Positions 34,001 to 45,211 of a DNA stretch of 64,000 bases are shown in pieces; position 1 is the first letter of the stretch, and every line of letters starts with the position of its first letter. The stretch lies in the NCBI GenBank assembly GCA_002633005.1, contig NMRA01000954.1, forward strand, positions 25,596 through 89,595, given 5' to 3'. A program made the position numbers and the translations under genes. This DNA is from Phoronis australis (Eukaryota > Animalia > Phoronida). The notes beneath the pieces are model-generated. The model did no database searches. It was not told the DNA's origin and saw nothing but the letters and a program-made list of their open reading frames with translations.

Positions 34001-36298
34001 AAAACAATTACACACATAAACAAATCAAATGCAAACAAAGGGAATACTTCATTTTTATCGCTGCACATTTCTAGAGGTCAACACTGAGGAAAACGACCAT
34101 TCGCAAGCGTAATCGCTAATCATTTCAGCTTTATAAAGAATAAGCACAACTGCACTGTGCGGGCCTTTAAAACTGAGGAAATATTGTGGTTTCAATAATT
34201 AGTGACAATTTTGCCTGTTGATGAAAATTTTATTCATCATCAAAGTGTAACATTAACGGGCTTTCTACTGACAATAAGACAATCGATGCAGTCACTGAAT
34301 GTCATTTCCGCATAATGTGTACCAAATTGAAAAGTTATTACCATTAGCAGAAAGCCTTTCTTATGAAAGGAAAAGTTAATGTCACTCAGTGAGAAAGGAC
34401 AGGTATTTATACCAGATGCTTTTGGTTTTCATTTCACAGAGATCTGACTTGTGTAGCAGTCAGATATAGTTCCTCTTCATACACTAGCAACACGTTGTCT
34501 TATGGTAACTTCGTACTGCGATTCACATTTCACCAGAGCCACTGACATGTACATTGTGCCATGCAGCACTAATGGTGTGTGGAAATGCTATGGGCAGGAG
34601 TAACAAAGCTTGTTCGTTGTCTTCGATGAAGAAAGTAGGCTTCAGTTAACAACAGATCTACACTGGATGGGAAGATCTTGCTGGTTAGCTGCAGTCAACT
34701 GCTTAAAACCAGTTTTTGTCCATTCAGGGTCGATGCAGAAGCGATGCATATCTCCTCTGCATGGTACAAGCCCTCAAACCTAAAAATCAAAGATCACGTG
34801 AAAACAGACATGATAGATTTTCATTTCAGCGTGTAATAAATTTCCGGAAGACACAGGATAGGGAGTAAACAAATAGTCTAATGTATATTTACGTACCTTT
34901 GCCATGGCATTGGGCTTGGATTGTAATCTCACCGCTAACTAATATCGAATTAAACATTCAGCATTCATTGATGTAACTGTCACTGATAAACCTTTGATGT
35001 ACGACAACATCCCGAGTGCTACGTCAAGTATCGTAACACGCATCACAACAAAGATTAACCCGACTGGCGACTGCCGTGAAGTCGGCATCGGCGATTATCT
35101 CAGTTATAAGGCATCAGTAGAATAAACACAGAATAATTGTTAAAATAATCACAAACCTTACCTTTGTATAAGGTAGTACTTACTTTCTCTCATAGAGGCC
35201 CATTTCACGCAATCTCACATTCAGTTGGCACGCCTACAAGCCATATCACCATGTATTTAAAGGGCTCGCGAAATCGCGGCTGTTAATCTATCACCACTAG
35301 TACACGCGCGCCCTCTAGTTAACGTAAATTTTCCGAATAGCCCCATTTAGTAAAGATCCTGCAGAGGGTTTAGGAGATACAGCCATTATGGGCGCAAAAC
35401 TAAACAAAACTGTCACTAGGAGGCGCCACAATAGTGGAAGTCGGGAAATCATCGTCAGCCGTCCTCTTCATAGTAATAACATACATGAAAATTTTCACAA
35501 TCATCCTTAGAGCGATTTGGGTGATAGAGGGGCGGACGCCAAAAACAGGCTCGAGAACAATTAAAATGGCCACTAGGATGCGTAGAATACCTCAAATCTA
35601 TCCGAAAACGGAGGGATAGCGTCATCTCACCAATAGCTGCCTATATTCCAAATTTTATGAAAATCCGTTGAGGAACTTTGAAGATACAGAGTTAAACTAA
35701 AATTGCCACTAAGGGGCACATCGGTAGTCGGATCTGTCCGAAAGTTCCCTCTTGCCGTCCCATCCAAGAAAGAAGCACGTGCAAATTTTCATGAACATAT
35801 ATCAAAGGGTTTTGGACGCCGGATGGACGTGCATGACGGCATAATGCGTCCACATATAAATATGTGGGGGCATAATGAATAACAAATGAACATTCGTCTT
35901 CTAGGTTTACAATCACGACCGCAGTAAACAAGTTGGAACGATTATGAAGCACTGGGGCGGCATTCGTGAATTGTTCGGCGGAGTCAACGAATTCAGTATA
36001 ACGTGTAAGAATGTATTTTATCGTTATTCTTTCTTTCTAAGAGAATTTGAGAATGGGCGAGTGAGGGAGGAATTGGTCGGAAAGAGAAGAGACTGGAAGG
36101 AACAGACCGAACTAGTTATAATATTCGTTTTTGCACACAAGTCATTATTAATGTCAATGTTTTGCAAAGAATTTCAACGTGGGATTAAATTTTTGTTGTT
36201 TCTCGATTACAGATTCCGTACAGCTAGACGTGCTCCAGAAGGCTATATTACTGACCGCCATCTTCCTCGTGGATTTTATGTATTACGAAAGCAAGTAG
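14673..36298 (+). CDS. PLSCR: Phospholipid scramblase family protein, complete 6-exon CDS, 245 aa
   Basis: join(14673..14838,18437..18514,18877..19072,31263..31374,35905..36004,36213..36298) = 738 nt, all GT-AG with consistent phases. Motifs TGCEMRNRY, RNCFKQMRPF, RPLRCQGCCCCCCLQ, WTCCIPRYTI, GTIMKHWGGIRELF and LDVLQKAILLTAIFLVDFMYYE match PLSCR blocks. Confidence 0.93.
15340..16128. mobile_element. hAT5-like MITE (TSD GTATT) nested in previous MITE
   Basis: CATAGGCGGATTTAGG ... CCTAGATTCGCCACTG flanked by gtatt/gtatt; the empty site cagagtattagccagg is seen in the copy at ~28565. Confidence 0.85.
15841..15910 (+). other. tRNA-derived Pol III promoter-like segment inside MITE
   Basis: A-box-like GGTGCAGTGG and B-box-like GAGTTCGAGTC with tRNA-like spacing; no intact cloverleaf. 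Confidence 0.5.
17069..18411. mobile_element. Tc1/mariner-pogo-like non-autonomous DNA transposon (TA TSD) with HIRAN-like coding remnant
   Basis: 22-bp TIRs CCGG(C/G)GTTTTCCGTAGATAAGC (1 mismatch) with TA on both flanks; subterminal aaacgccc..gggcgttt palindromes; remnant RGGSIQAEV...LPQGGLEVPCTLIF at 17977-18171. Confidence 0.75.
18437..18514 (+). CDS. PLSCR: PLSCR exon 2
   Basis: ttacag / G|gtgaga; VVTGCEMRNRYLIVNDSSQQIFRATE. Confidence 0.9.
18877..19072 (+). CDS. PLSCR: PLSCR exon 3 (Cys-rich palmitoylation motif)
   Basis: tttcag / GA|gtaagt; ESGNCLIRNCFKQMRPFEM...RPLRCQGCCCCCCLQFMNIECPPGQVVAVVKE. Confidence 0.95.
19483..19614. repeat. 63-bp tandem duplication
   Basis: aacctcgttttgatgatttcaaccaatcctcgttctgtc... 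repeated at 19483 and 19546. Confidence 0.85.
19932..23432 (-). mobile_element. 5'-truncated L1/Tx1-clade LINE (decayed ORF2: RT + CCHC), 13-bp TSD
   Basis: PGPDGFTVEFYKFFW, NWRPISLLN, GCKQGDPLSPYLF, QYAGDT (degenerate YADD), CTFCKSEPETLFHLC; AATAAA near the 3' end; TSD CAAAGGCCGACTT at 19919-19931 and 23433-23445. Confidence 0.92.
20532..21427. mobile_element. Solo LTR (896 bp) inserted in the LINE
   Basis: TGTCAGA...TCTGACA termini; 5-bp TSD TGACA at 20527-20531 and 21428-21432; interrupts LINE coding remnant. Confidence 0.85.
26857..27023. repeat. ~55-bp tandem repeat, 3 copies
   Basis: atcc(a/g)tggtcatgaccatcaatatagaatagcg... recurring at ~26882, 26936, 26992. Confidence 0.8.
28529..28677. 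mobile_element. hAT5-like MITE, uninterrupted homolog of 15294-16244
   Basis: CAGAGGCGGATCCATGA ... CTAAATCCGCCACTG; shared interior (gggcagagtattagccagg, ccaaatgaaatctgggagaat); TSD degenerate (tgtcc/tgcct). Confidence 0.75.
29680..30190 (-). mobile_element. Probable 3' fragment of a CR1/L2-group LINE
   Basis: Minus-strand remnant LNWMPLSDIRKQHIFIYTYKILH typical of post-RT C-terminus; A-rich end near 29680. Confidence 0.4.
30214..30430. mobile_element. hAT5-like MITE (TSD TCATT)
   Basis: CATGCGCGCACCCAG ... CTGGGTGCGTGCATG flanked by tcatt/tcatt. Confidence 0.85.
30824..30982. mobile_element. hAT5-like MITE (TSD AATTA)
   Basis: CATGGGTGGCGCA ... TGCGCCGCCCATG flanked by aatta/aatta; internal partial duplication. 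Confidence 0.8.
31054..31117. repeat. (GT)n/(GC)n microsatellite
   Basis: Direct read. Confidence 0.95.
31263..31374 (+). CDS. PLSCR: PLSCR exon 4
   Basis: ttccctag / CAG|gtaggt; EWTCCIPRYTIEDVSGNPLYKIDGIYCWIKCCTDVPFQ. Confidence 0.9.
32046..35875 (+). mobile_element. Non-autonomous Helentron/HINE-like element with CTCF-motif array (copy 2), interrupted by ISL2EU-like element
   Basis: 5' tt|AAACAAGAG...ATGCGCCC; 3' GGACG/GGATG run then hairpin ATGCGTCCACATAT-AA-ATATGTGGGGGCAT; eight CCAC(T/C)AG-like motifs. Confidence 0.7.
32790..35344. mobile_element. ISL2EU/Harbinger-like DNA transposon, decayed
   Basis: TIR GGGGCTATTCGGA(G/A)AATT (17/18). The host repeat resumes across it with an AA/AT flank (AT TSD with one change). 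Degenerate THAP-like remnant on + (WSIAVKRV..WMP) and SAP/SWIM/YqaJ-like remnants on -. Confidence 0.65.
35905..36004 (+). CDS. PLSCR: PLSCR exon 5
   Basis: cttctag / T|gtaaga; VYNHDRSKQVGTIMKHWGGIRELFGGVNEFSIT. Confidence 0.9.
36213..36298 (+). CDS. PLSCR: PLSCR terminal exon (C-terminal hydrophobic helix)
   Basis: ttacag; YSVQLDVLQKAILLTAIFLVDFMYYESK then TAG. Confidence 0.9.
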
Positions 36299-37254
36299 TG
36301 CCAGCTCCATATAAATCCGTTTAGATTTCTTTCGCCTTTTTTGTGCAAGGGGCATCTTGCATTCTTGCAGTGCAGACTTTTTTCCGTGCGAACTAGGCCT
36401 ATATTTATTTACTATATATGAGGAACGAGACCTCAGTGAGTGGGTCTTGACCTGTAGGAGAACACTTCGTGAGTATTTTCACTTAGCAATTTACTTTTGT
36501 CTTCTATGACTAAGTAAAATTACTTCTAATACATTATTTAAAAAGTGCCCACGTTTAAGTTGCACATCTTCTGCAAAATACGAAGTTTATATGGTTTGAA
36601 GTGTCATATATGTTGATCAATAGAGGTCGCTAGAGGTAGAACAACAGTATTACCACTTTACCTTGTAGTGACCTATCGTCTTTGGCATTACTTAATGACA
36701 AACTGAGAAACTCATTTATGCTGCCCGCTGTAGACGCAGATTGTGCATCTATCACGGGTACCAGAGTCACGAAATCCTCGACAGGTAGATGAACAGTACC
36801 ATTAAAACGGTTTAGCCCAAGTTACAACAGTTTTTTATCTTAAATCTGATCATGAAAGACGGACGTTAGAAATGTTTGCGTCAGAGTATCATTTAGTGTT
36901 TCCAGGGGTGTGGAAAAAATGATAAAATTATTGAAGATTTTATCAGTCGAGCGAAGGCTAGATTTAGGAAAATGTGTACATCATATTTTGTTCATTTTGA
37001 AAAAACAAGTCAGGTTGTAGGGCATCATTAGAGAATACGTTTTAATACAACTGTTTTGTGTTAAAATTCATTATTTACTGATTTTAACCAAAATGAAGCC
37101 CAAAGAGTATCTTTATGGTGTCTACAGCAGCGTTACCATGGTTATGTGCTTTATGGTGTCTACAGCAGCGTTACCACAGTTATGTGGTTTTTGGTCTGAG
37201 ATTTTATACACAACATTTAATTTGAAAGGTGCCAATACCTCATTAACATTACAA

Positions 37255-38585
37255 TCAAGAGTAACGCGCCATGTGTGCCCACCGTGTGCTTCGCATGTGT
37301 AGCGCAGATCACTATGTTAAACATTCTCACTAAAGGCAGCAATGTTAGTAAACTTAAAATAGCGTCTACGGGGCTCATAGCAAGTCAGCAAATTGAATGC
37401 TCTCCTGAACAGGAACACCTCTGCCAAGATCGTGCAAAGTAAAATTGTCACTAGGGGGCAACATGGTAGTGGGATACGTCCAAAAGTCGTCATCATTCGA
37501 ACTACACTTTTCAAATTTCACAAAGATCCTGCATGAGTTTAGGAGAAACCTCTGACGACGCGAGAAAAAGCAAGACTGCCTCTGGGGATGCCAAGGCAGT
37601 GGTCGAAACTGTCCAACAATCATTGTCAGTCATACTCTTCCAATTTGAAACACATGTACCAATTTTCATAACGGTTGTTAGTGTGGATTGGCCAATAGAG
37701 AGACGGAGGCTGAAAGCATACTCAGAAATAATAAATATAAAATAGTAAAACTAGTAAAACTAAAATGACGAGCGTCGGTACTAAAATATATTAAAATATC
37801 CCCACGTATCGAGCGATGCGCTCTTTCTCAAGGGTGTGCTACAGTCTGTAGCACACCCTTGAGAAAGAGCGCATCTTACATTTTTATTCGTCGGTAACTG
37901 CACGGCATTGCAACATCTACAGAAATAATAAAAACGGCCACTGGGAGGTACACACCACATCAGAACCATATGAAAATATGAAGGTGATATCGAATCGTTA
38001 TGAAACACCTATTTGCCAAGTTTCATAAAAATTCGACAAGGAACGCCAAAGATACAGAGGAAAACGGAAAAGAGAAAGGTGCCACTAGGGGTCACAGAAG
38101 TGCCGCCCAAACGTCTTCGTCGTCCGTTGTCACCTTCATGCAAATAAGCGCGCCAAATTAATCAAAGATCATGAGGGTTTAGGAGATACAATCATGAACG
38201 CAAAAAGAAAAGTGCCACTAGGAGGCGCCACGGTAGTCGAAGCTGTCCGAAAGTCATCTGGTCAGTCGTCCTCTTCGCAGTAGGAACATTTTTACCATTT
38301 TTCATAATCATGCTTAGAGTGGTTTGGCCGATATATGACACAAAATACATCGAATCCACCAGAAAACGGGAAGCTGCAGCAATCTCTCTAGTAGATACAA
38401 TAATTTCATGAAAGTCCTTAAGGAAGTACGAAGACACAGAGGCAAGCGTAAAAACTAAAAATTGCCTGTAGGGGGCACACTATAGTCGTATCCGTAAAAA
38501 AATTCGCTCATGCCGTCCCGTATGTAAAAGGACCTAATCTGCCACATTTCAGCATCAGATGCCGGACGGACAGGGATGATTTCAT
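37255..38585 (+). mobile_element. Helentron/HINE-like element with CTCF-motif subunits (copy 3)
   Basis: 5' caagagtaacgcgcc..gtgcccacc; motifs at ~37448, 37577, 37937, 38081, 38214, 38464; 3' gccggacggac end. Confidence 0.6.
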
Positions 38586-41500
38586 AAATATAAAACTTCA
38601 CGAGCAATATTCGTTACATCTTTGTATGCTATGAGATTGAACTATTGGGACAATGTAATTGACCAAATTCAGGGGTTAAAGTTAAAAATTCCGTAAGGCC
38701 TGGTTAATTTTGATCAACATTCAATTTTTGACCTCTGGCATGTCCCAGTGAACACAGCTTTATGCTCCGCTGCACATATTTACTGCTGTTTTGACCTATT
38801 TTGCTGGCTTAATGTCACCAACAATGTTTAAGTGTGTCAAAATGCCCGAGACGATGTCTTGATCAATAATGGCGCGTTGTACACGAACTCTAAATTTCAA
38901 CATTTTGCCATTTTCACCAAATTTGTTGACAAATTACACGAAAATGTGCAGCTTTAAACGCGAGAACTTCTTACATTTGAGAAGTACACCTATGGATGAG
39001 AGGTGGCAAACGTCAAAATAAAATTTCCGGAGGAAAGTACTCACAAAAGCGCCTACAGACCAGGGGGCCCACTCACTTATCATTCATTTTGTGAATTATA
39101 AAAAAGCAACATAAAATCCGAAAAAAGTTCTCGTACACGCTATTAATGCACTGGTCAGAGCTATATCTTGTTTGTGAAGAAGGGCGAAACTTCCTGGAGG
39201 TGACGGATCGGGCCCCTGACAAAGGTGACGAAATTGGTCACGCCGGGAGTAGAGGTTCTTTTGCCACGTGCAGGCATTGGTACACTCGCATGTTGTAGAA
39301 ATTGTGCGTGGTATGTCAGGATGGTACAGGTGCAACGATTTATTGATTTTTGAAGGCTTCGTTCTAATTTGACAGCTGATTGACTGATTGTTATTTTTGA
39401 TCAGAAATTAGGGATTTTAAACTCTTCAAAGATTATGATTGCCCTTGAACTTTCGACCTCTCGTCTTGAGGTTATATGTCTATAAATTAGTAATGCGTGA
39501 CAGCAATTGGGCCACCAGCTATTACAAGTCTTAGATTGACTCGCATGAATTTTTGGGCCTCATGACGATTGTTCGCCTGGTCTAAAAATATTCAAACCCT
39601 TATCATAAACAATATCTAACTACAATAAGCACCAGGCTAATTGCTGACAGACGCATCAGACCCTTACTCCAAAACCACACATGAATGAATGGAACTACTT
39701 TTGACCAGCTGCATCAGTTTAATAAACAATTTAGGGAATAAAAAAGAATATTTTATAACCAAGCTTTCTGTGGTAAATGCGAACAGCAGGGATTATATAC
39801 ATGAACCAGTAAGACAACTGAAAACACGAAAAACCAGTTTTAACATTACTCAGAATAGCATTGTTATTTATACAAATGTTAAACAAAGCATCGCACAAAG
39901 TCAATGGAAAAATTTCAAAACCTACAGATTAAATTAGGACTCGGGAAAGTCCAAGAAATGACAGTAAAATCAAATACCCCTTGTAGTTCTAACAACTAAG
40001 CTTGTACAAAATAAACAGTCTCCGTTTCTTCAAAACTTGTTTATAGAAGAAATAGAGGCGAGCAACTAATGAGACACAATTTGAACCAAAGTTTCAGGAA
40101 CTGAATTGTAAAACTTTAACATTCATCAGAGGTAATTGCAAACAATGATAAAAGTAACATGGATGCAAAAGAACGGTAGTTGTACTTCACTTATCTAATT
40201 AGAAGTATAGTGGTGTAGAACAGAACGTGAAAAATTGATGTATAATAGGAACGATGTACACACACTGTCGGATGCACATGTATACTCGGGAACCCAATGG
40301 TCGTCCGCCTAAGCATAAAACCGGCTTGTTGTCGTACTCACCCAATTATGTCACTTCAAAGTCATGCCCTGAATAAAACCACGCAGAAAAAGGCGAAGAA
40401 AATAGTGGAACGTGGTTTACAAGAATTCTAGATCAACCACTGGTATGATATCGATTTTTAAATCGATTAAAATCGATTCAGAATTTCAGTTCTTGAAAAT
40501 AAATCGCGATTGTTTTATTCCAGATAGACCTTATTTATTTTCTATTTGTGACCTCTTTATTTGACTTTTTGCTCTTGTTGTTCTTAATACCACTTATCCC
40601 TGCTGTCTTTCTTTTTCTTTTTAGTTTTTCTTCATTCTCTGTTAACACCTTGTCAGCCAAAACAGAACTGTAACCCTTTGAGACTTGGTCGGCGGAAGTT
40701 GATCATTGAACCTCGATGCAGTTGTTCTAATAAATTACCCAATATAATATTGTTTGATTTTTTCTGACCTTTAACAGACTTCTGCAATCATAAATAAATA
40801 AATAAATAAATACTCAAGTTGCATTTGCATTTTATTGCTCAATCTCTTCTTTCATTTTTAATTATGTCATGCTAAGGTGCAGACGACCACTCTGGATTGG
40901 AACGCTAAGTCCCGCGTGGCTGCGCTGCACGCGAAAGAAGATGGCGGACGACCATTGGAGCCTGACGACGATAGGTATCCGAACTATATTTTAGCACAGT
41001 CAATGGATGTTCAGTAGATGCAATTTTCAGCTGAAAATGTCATTAGTCTTTGGCCAAATGAATATTGGAATTATTTTTGAATTTTCACTTGCTTTCTTAA
41101 ATAAGCACATTCATTCACTGGATGTTGCTGCAGTTATAAGAATATTTCCAATCACACACAGTTAACAACGCTAACTTTTCTTTTTAAGGTATAAATGCTT
41201 AAACATTATACAGCAAATAGTCTAGCTCAACGAAATTCTGTTCGTTTTCGTGAGGTGAATGCACTAAGCTGTCAATTTCTGCTCAAATTTGATTAAAGTC
41301 TGACTAGAAAGCAAGTACAATATTATTTTTATCCATACTCCCTGTAAAACAATACAGTAAAAGTCGGTAAACTGATGAATTGAGTAAATGTCCTTAATGT
41401 TTTGTGTAGAAAAACAACTTAAAGAAAACAACAGATAGCTAAATGAGTTACACAGTGACTGCAATCAGAATGTATCATTCGAAATCAAAGATCAGAGTGA

Positions 41501-44500
41501 TGAGTAACAGGAGTGTCCACTGTAACTTATAGTGTTACTAGAATGAGTGCATACACACCATACACACACGAGTGACTGCACAGCAAGATAAATGTACAAG
41601 AAATACAATTGTGCAGTACACTTCAAATGTTTGCGTCATGTAAACGGGAACAGATAGAATGTGTTAAGACCACGCTTTCATTCTGCGATACTTTAAAAAA
41701 ACCTAAATCACTTGTGCCCTGACATACAGAAAGCAACTACCACTGTTTCTGCAACATACGGTCATCATGTCGCTTGCAAGCAATGATTCTTCGAATGGCA
41801 ATGTGTCAAAGTCGTAGACCAAGTAGGACTTACTTGGTCTACGACATCAACATACAGAAATAATGAGCAGTACATCACATGGATTCTCAGGCTGGATGGG
41901 CCATAGAAGTTACTCGACAGAAAAAATCAAGTTTTACAGAAAATATCTGAAATCTTTTGTTGTGCTAACGTAAAAGTAAATCCAAAATGAACAGTTATTC
42001 AATAAAGAGACAACTTAACAAACTAAGAGATAACGACCAATTTGAAAACCATGTCATTCCTGGCTGGCACCAACACAGGGTCCGAGTGATTTTTGAGCGA
42101 TGACAGGCAGACCAATAGACCAAAAGCAAACCCCAAAAAATGGACAATTATGACACATATAGCACAAGTTTGATGAAAATTCAGAAGAATCTGGCCTACA
42201 TAGATGAGTTTACGTCCGAATAACCGGGGAACTTATTTTTACGTTTGAATAATCTGATTAATTTGTTCACGTTTCATATAGAGTGGATTATTCTTCTTTT
42301 TCTTCAACAACAAGATTTTTAAATGTCGCCTGTAAATTATTAATTTTTTGTTCTCATTATTCATAAGTTGATAAAGTGTTTAGTTGTTGGAATTTTGACT
42401 TTTCCTTTCTGTTAAGTCCGTTCAAATAGTGTTATTAGTGAAATGAACATTTTCCCATAGCCAAATTGTTTTCGTTTATAGAACGCTCTTTAGAAACTTC
42501 AGAATTCAGCTTTTTGCAGAGAAATTTTGCTTTTCAGATTTTAGGTGTGTTTCCTGCAACAGAATTTAAAATTAAAGAGTAGTAAACAACCAGATGACCA
42601 CCTGGGATTGCCACTTTTAAGGCCAGGGGATACTTTGATTTGCTGTTATAAGAATCAAACAAAAGTACGATTTTATAGTTGATCGAGACTTAGGGAGAGA
42701 GGATATAATTCTTTGGGGGTTTGCCACCATTTCTCGTCATCATAGCGTGGACCTCATTTTGCGTTACTTTTTGTCATCATCTGATCCTCTTCACTGTGTG
42801 TAATAAGATCTCCTTGAGAAAGAATTCAGTTTCACGTACTGGTAGGAAAACTGTTGTTTACAGCTATGTTTACTTTTGTTATCTTCAATCCATTAACTAC
42901 AGAAAATAAATCAAATACACTGGGTGATTTAGAACAGGCACTAACAAAACACGATTGCGCACTCAGTTAATATTAAGTAAACTTAATTGAAGAGCATTTA
43001 TTTATAGGTACCCTGAGTACATGCATGGCTATTTTCTCTTCTCTTAATGACGGAGATTTAATGTGTTGGAGGTGTATTTTGGTGCTGTCTTGGGACTGAA
43101 GCTCCCAATCTGTTTCTCCTGGTTTTATCTCCACTGTCACGTATGAATCAGTCTCAGTACCTAGCTGAAGAGGTTGTAGGTCACAACCCACGCTATCACA
43201 ATAAATATAATAAAAAGAGACATGCTGGGTACAGACTACTGTAGGAACTGAAGCAAGACGGCCACAAAAGTGACTCAACTGTGTATTTGACCTGTTCACT
43301 TCAATGTTGTTAACCAATCATATATGTGAAACGTTTGACTGAACATCTATAGACAAAACATAGTCTGGGATCGAACACAATGATGATGGTTTCAAGAAAA
43401 CGCCCTAAATTGTCAAATGGACTTATAGATTGCACTATACCATGACAAAGGAATAGTTTATAAAATTGTGACATCAGCGTGTTTCTAAGCGGTAAGGTCA
43501 CCTTGGTTAGCTTCAGTCTCATTTTGGGATGCATATAAAGTGTACAGAAAGCTTAATTGTTCAGATCGAGTGTTTCCTTTAATACTTGTATGAAAATGGA
43601 GAATTAGTTTACTTTGGTTAAATTCAATGTAGTGACCGTTTTTAGTTTACACATTCAAATGAAAAACTATCAATACTCATTACTCACAGGTGTTCATTTA
43701 AATGGATGACATCTGTGACGTCTGCATAACCAACTTACACAGGGACATATAATTGCGCAACTGAAATAGTTCTCACAATATGATATAGCTGTAAAGCTAT
43801 TTTATTCACTATTACGAAAATATCATGACGTTCTGGAAAGTGCATGAATGAAACTGAAAGCTTGTATTAAATCACCAAAGCCTGTACAGAAAACCACAAC
43901 AAGTTTTGTATTCATACACCACCTTCACATCAACTTATTATTTTGTAAAATCATAAATATTGGAAGTAGAAAAAATCGATGTCATCTCATATACTGTTTT
44001 TGTGCTGTTTTTGTATATTTTAACGAAAAGTCTTTAAGTATTTTATATAACTTCATTTATAGCGCGTACAGAATACTAGGCTGGGTGTTAAGTTCCAATA
44101 TGTTTACTATTACTACTAGTAGCGATAACGAGGGTGTCAGTAAGTTGACACTTTCTTAGTTATAAACATAACAGCTGTCCAAGATCTGTACTGCTGTAGC
44201 TCGAGACCAGGCGAGTTTTTCTCATGTAATCTCCAAGTTCAAGCTCAAGACTATTATTGAAACGACTAGTGTGTTATTTTAAATGAACTTAGTTGCACAA
44301 ATACTTAAACTCTGAAAGAAATCAGAAGCAGCCTTTACGTGTCAGACCACGGAACAAAGAATAAAATGCTGAAAATAGTTGTACTAAACATGGGGCTGAG
44401 TAGAACGCCATGGATTCTCCTAGAGGCCGTAGTCAAAAGTAAACCAATAAGCCACGCCGTTCACGACCGTTGCATGGATACAGTGCAAATTTGACCCGAA

Positions 44501-44947
44501 GCGTGCCACTGCGATTTTGATCAATGTTCGAGTGAGTTTCGAATACGACTACACTCCGTCAAATCGGAACCTCAGCTTTGAAGACAAAATGATCCTTTAC
44601 AGCTATAGGCTGGGGCACACTACTCAAAGGGGCGTCCAGGTACCACCAAACCAAATTTGGACATGTTCAAAACTTACCGTGACTGCTATCAAGTCCTTTG
44701 GCGATGAAGAAAAACACATCGTTTTCATTGATGTCGTGCAGGCTAAGTGGGCATTTACAAATGGAAAACCAGAAATTATAATTTCGCATTATTGTCGCAT
44801 TATATGCGATTTGTTTCGCTACTGAAAAAATATAGACCTGAGGGCTACCTGGAAAGTTTATTAGAGATGATGATTAGGAAACAAGGAAAAAAGTTTGTAT
44901 AAAAGTCAATCATGCTTTTGTCAGTATACTTTTCCGTGGCAGTGTTG

Positions 44948-45211
44948 TTAGGAGCCGTCAAAACTGTTTCTCCGTGTTGTCCCTTTCGTCGATGTGTCTT
45001 GTCGGTACAGAAGCTGTGCTCGCAGTTTTGTGCTACTCACGCCCGACGGGTCCCGTGGAATGAAACGAACTGCCATGATGGATTCCAGCGAGGCACGATA
45101 AGGGAATTTGGGCCCGTCGTCGCCTCGCAGATAGCAGGCCGTTTCTGCGCCGTTCATGTCTATCATACATTGGATGAACGCAAACGCATCTAGTTCAGTC
45201 ACACAAAACAC
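44948..45211 (-). CDS. Cytidylyltransferase terminal exon
   Basis: tttttccag acceptor; VFCVTELD...YLRGDD...FIPRDPSGVSSTKLR...TAA. Confidence 0.85.
   Translation of the reverse strand: MFCVTELDAFAFIQCMIDMNGAETACYLRGDDGPKFPYRASLESIMAVRFIPRDPSGVSSTKLRAQLLYRQDTSTKGTTRRNSFDGS

Noticed and set aside
35944-36324. 126-aa ORF as a single-exon gene
   Set aside because: It is PLSCR exon 5 reading through into intron 5; exon 6 is in another frame
40962-40985. Second hammerhead (CTGACGA..GATA-GG-TATC..CGAAC)
   Set aside because: Lacks GAAA and a convincing stem I/III; lies next to a SINE-like fragment
42973-43317. 114-aa minus ORF as an additional gene/exon
   Set aside because: No domain motifs; the nearest acceptor gives early stops in all frames; lies in the probable 3'UTR
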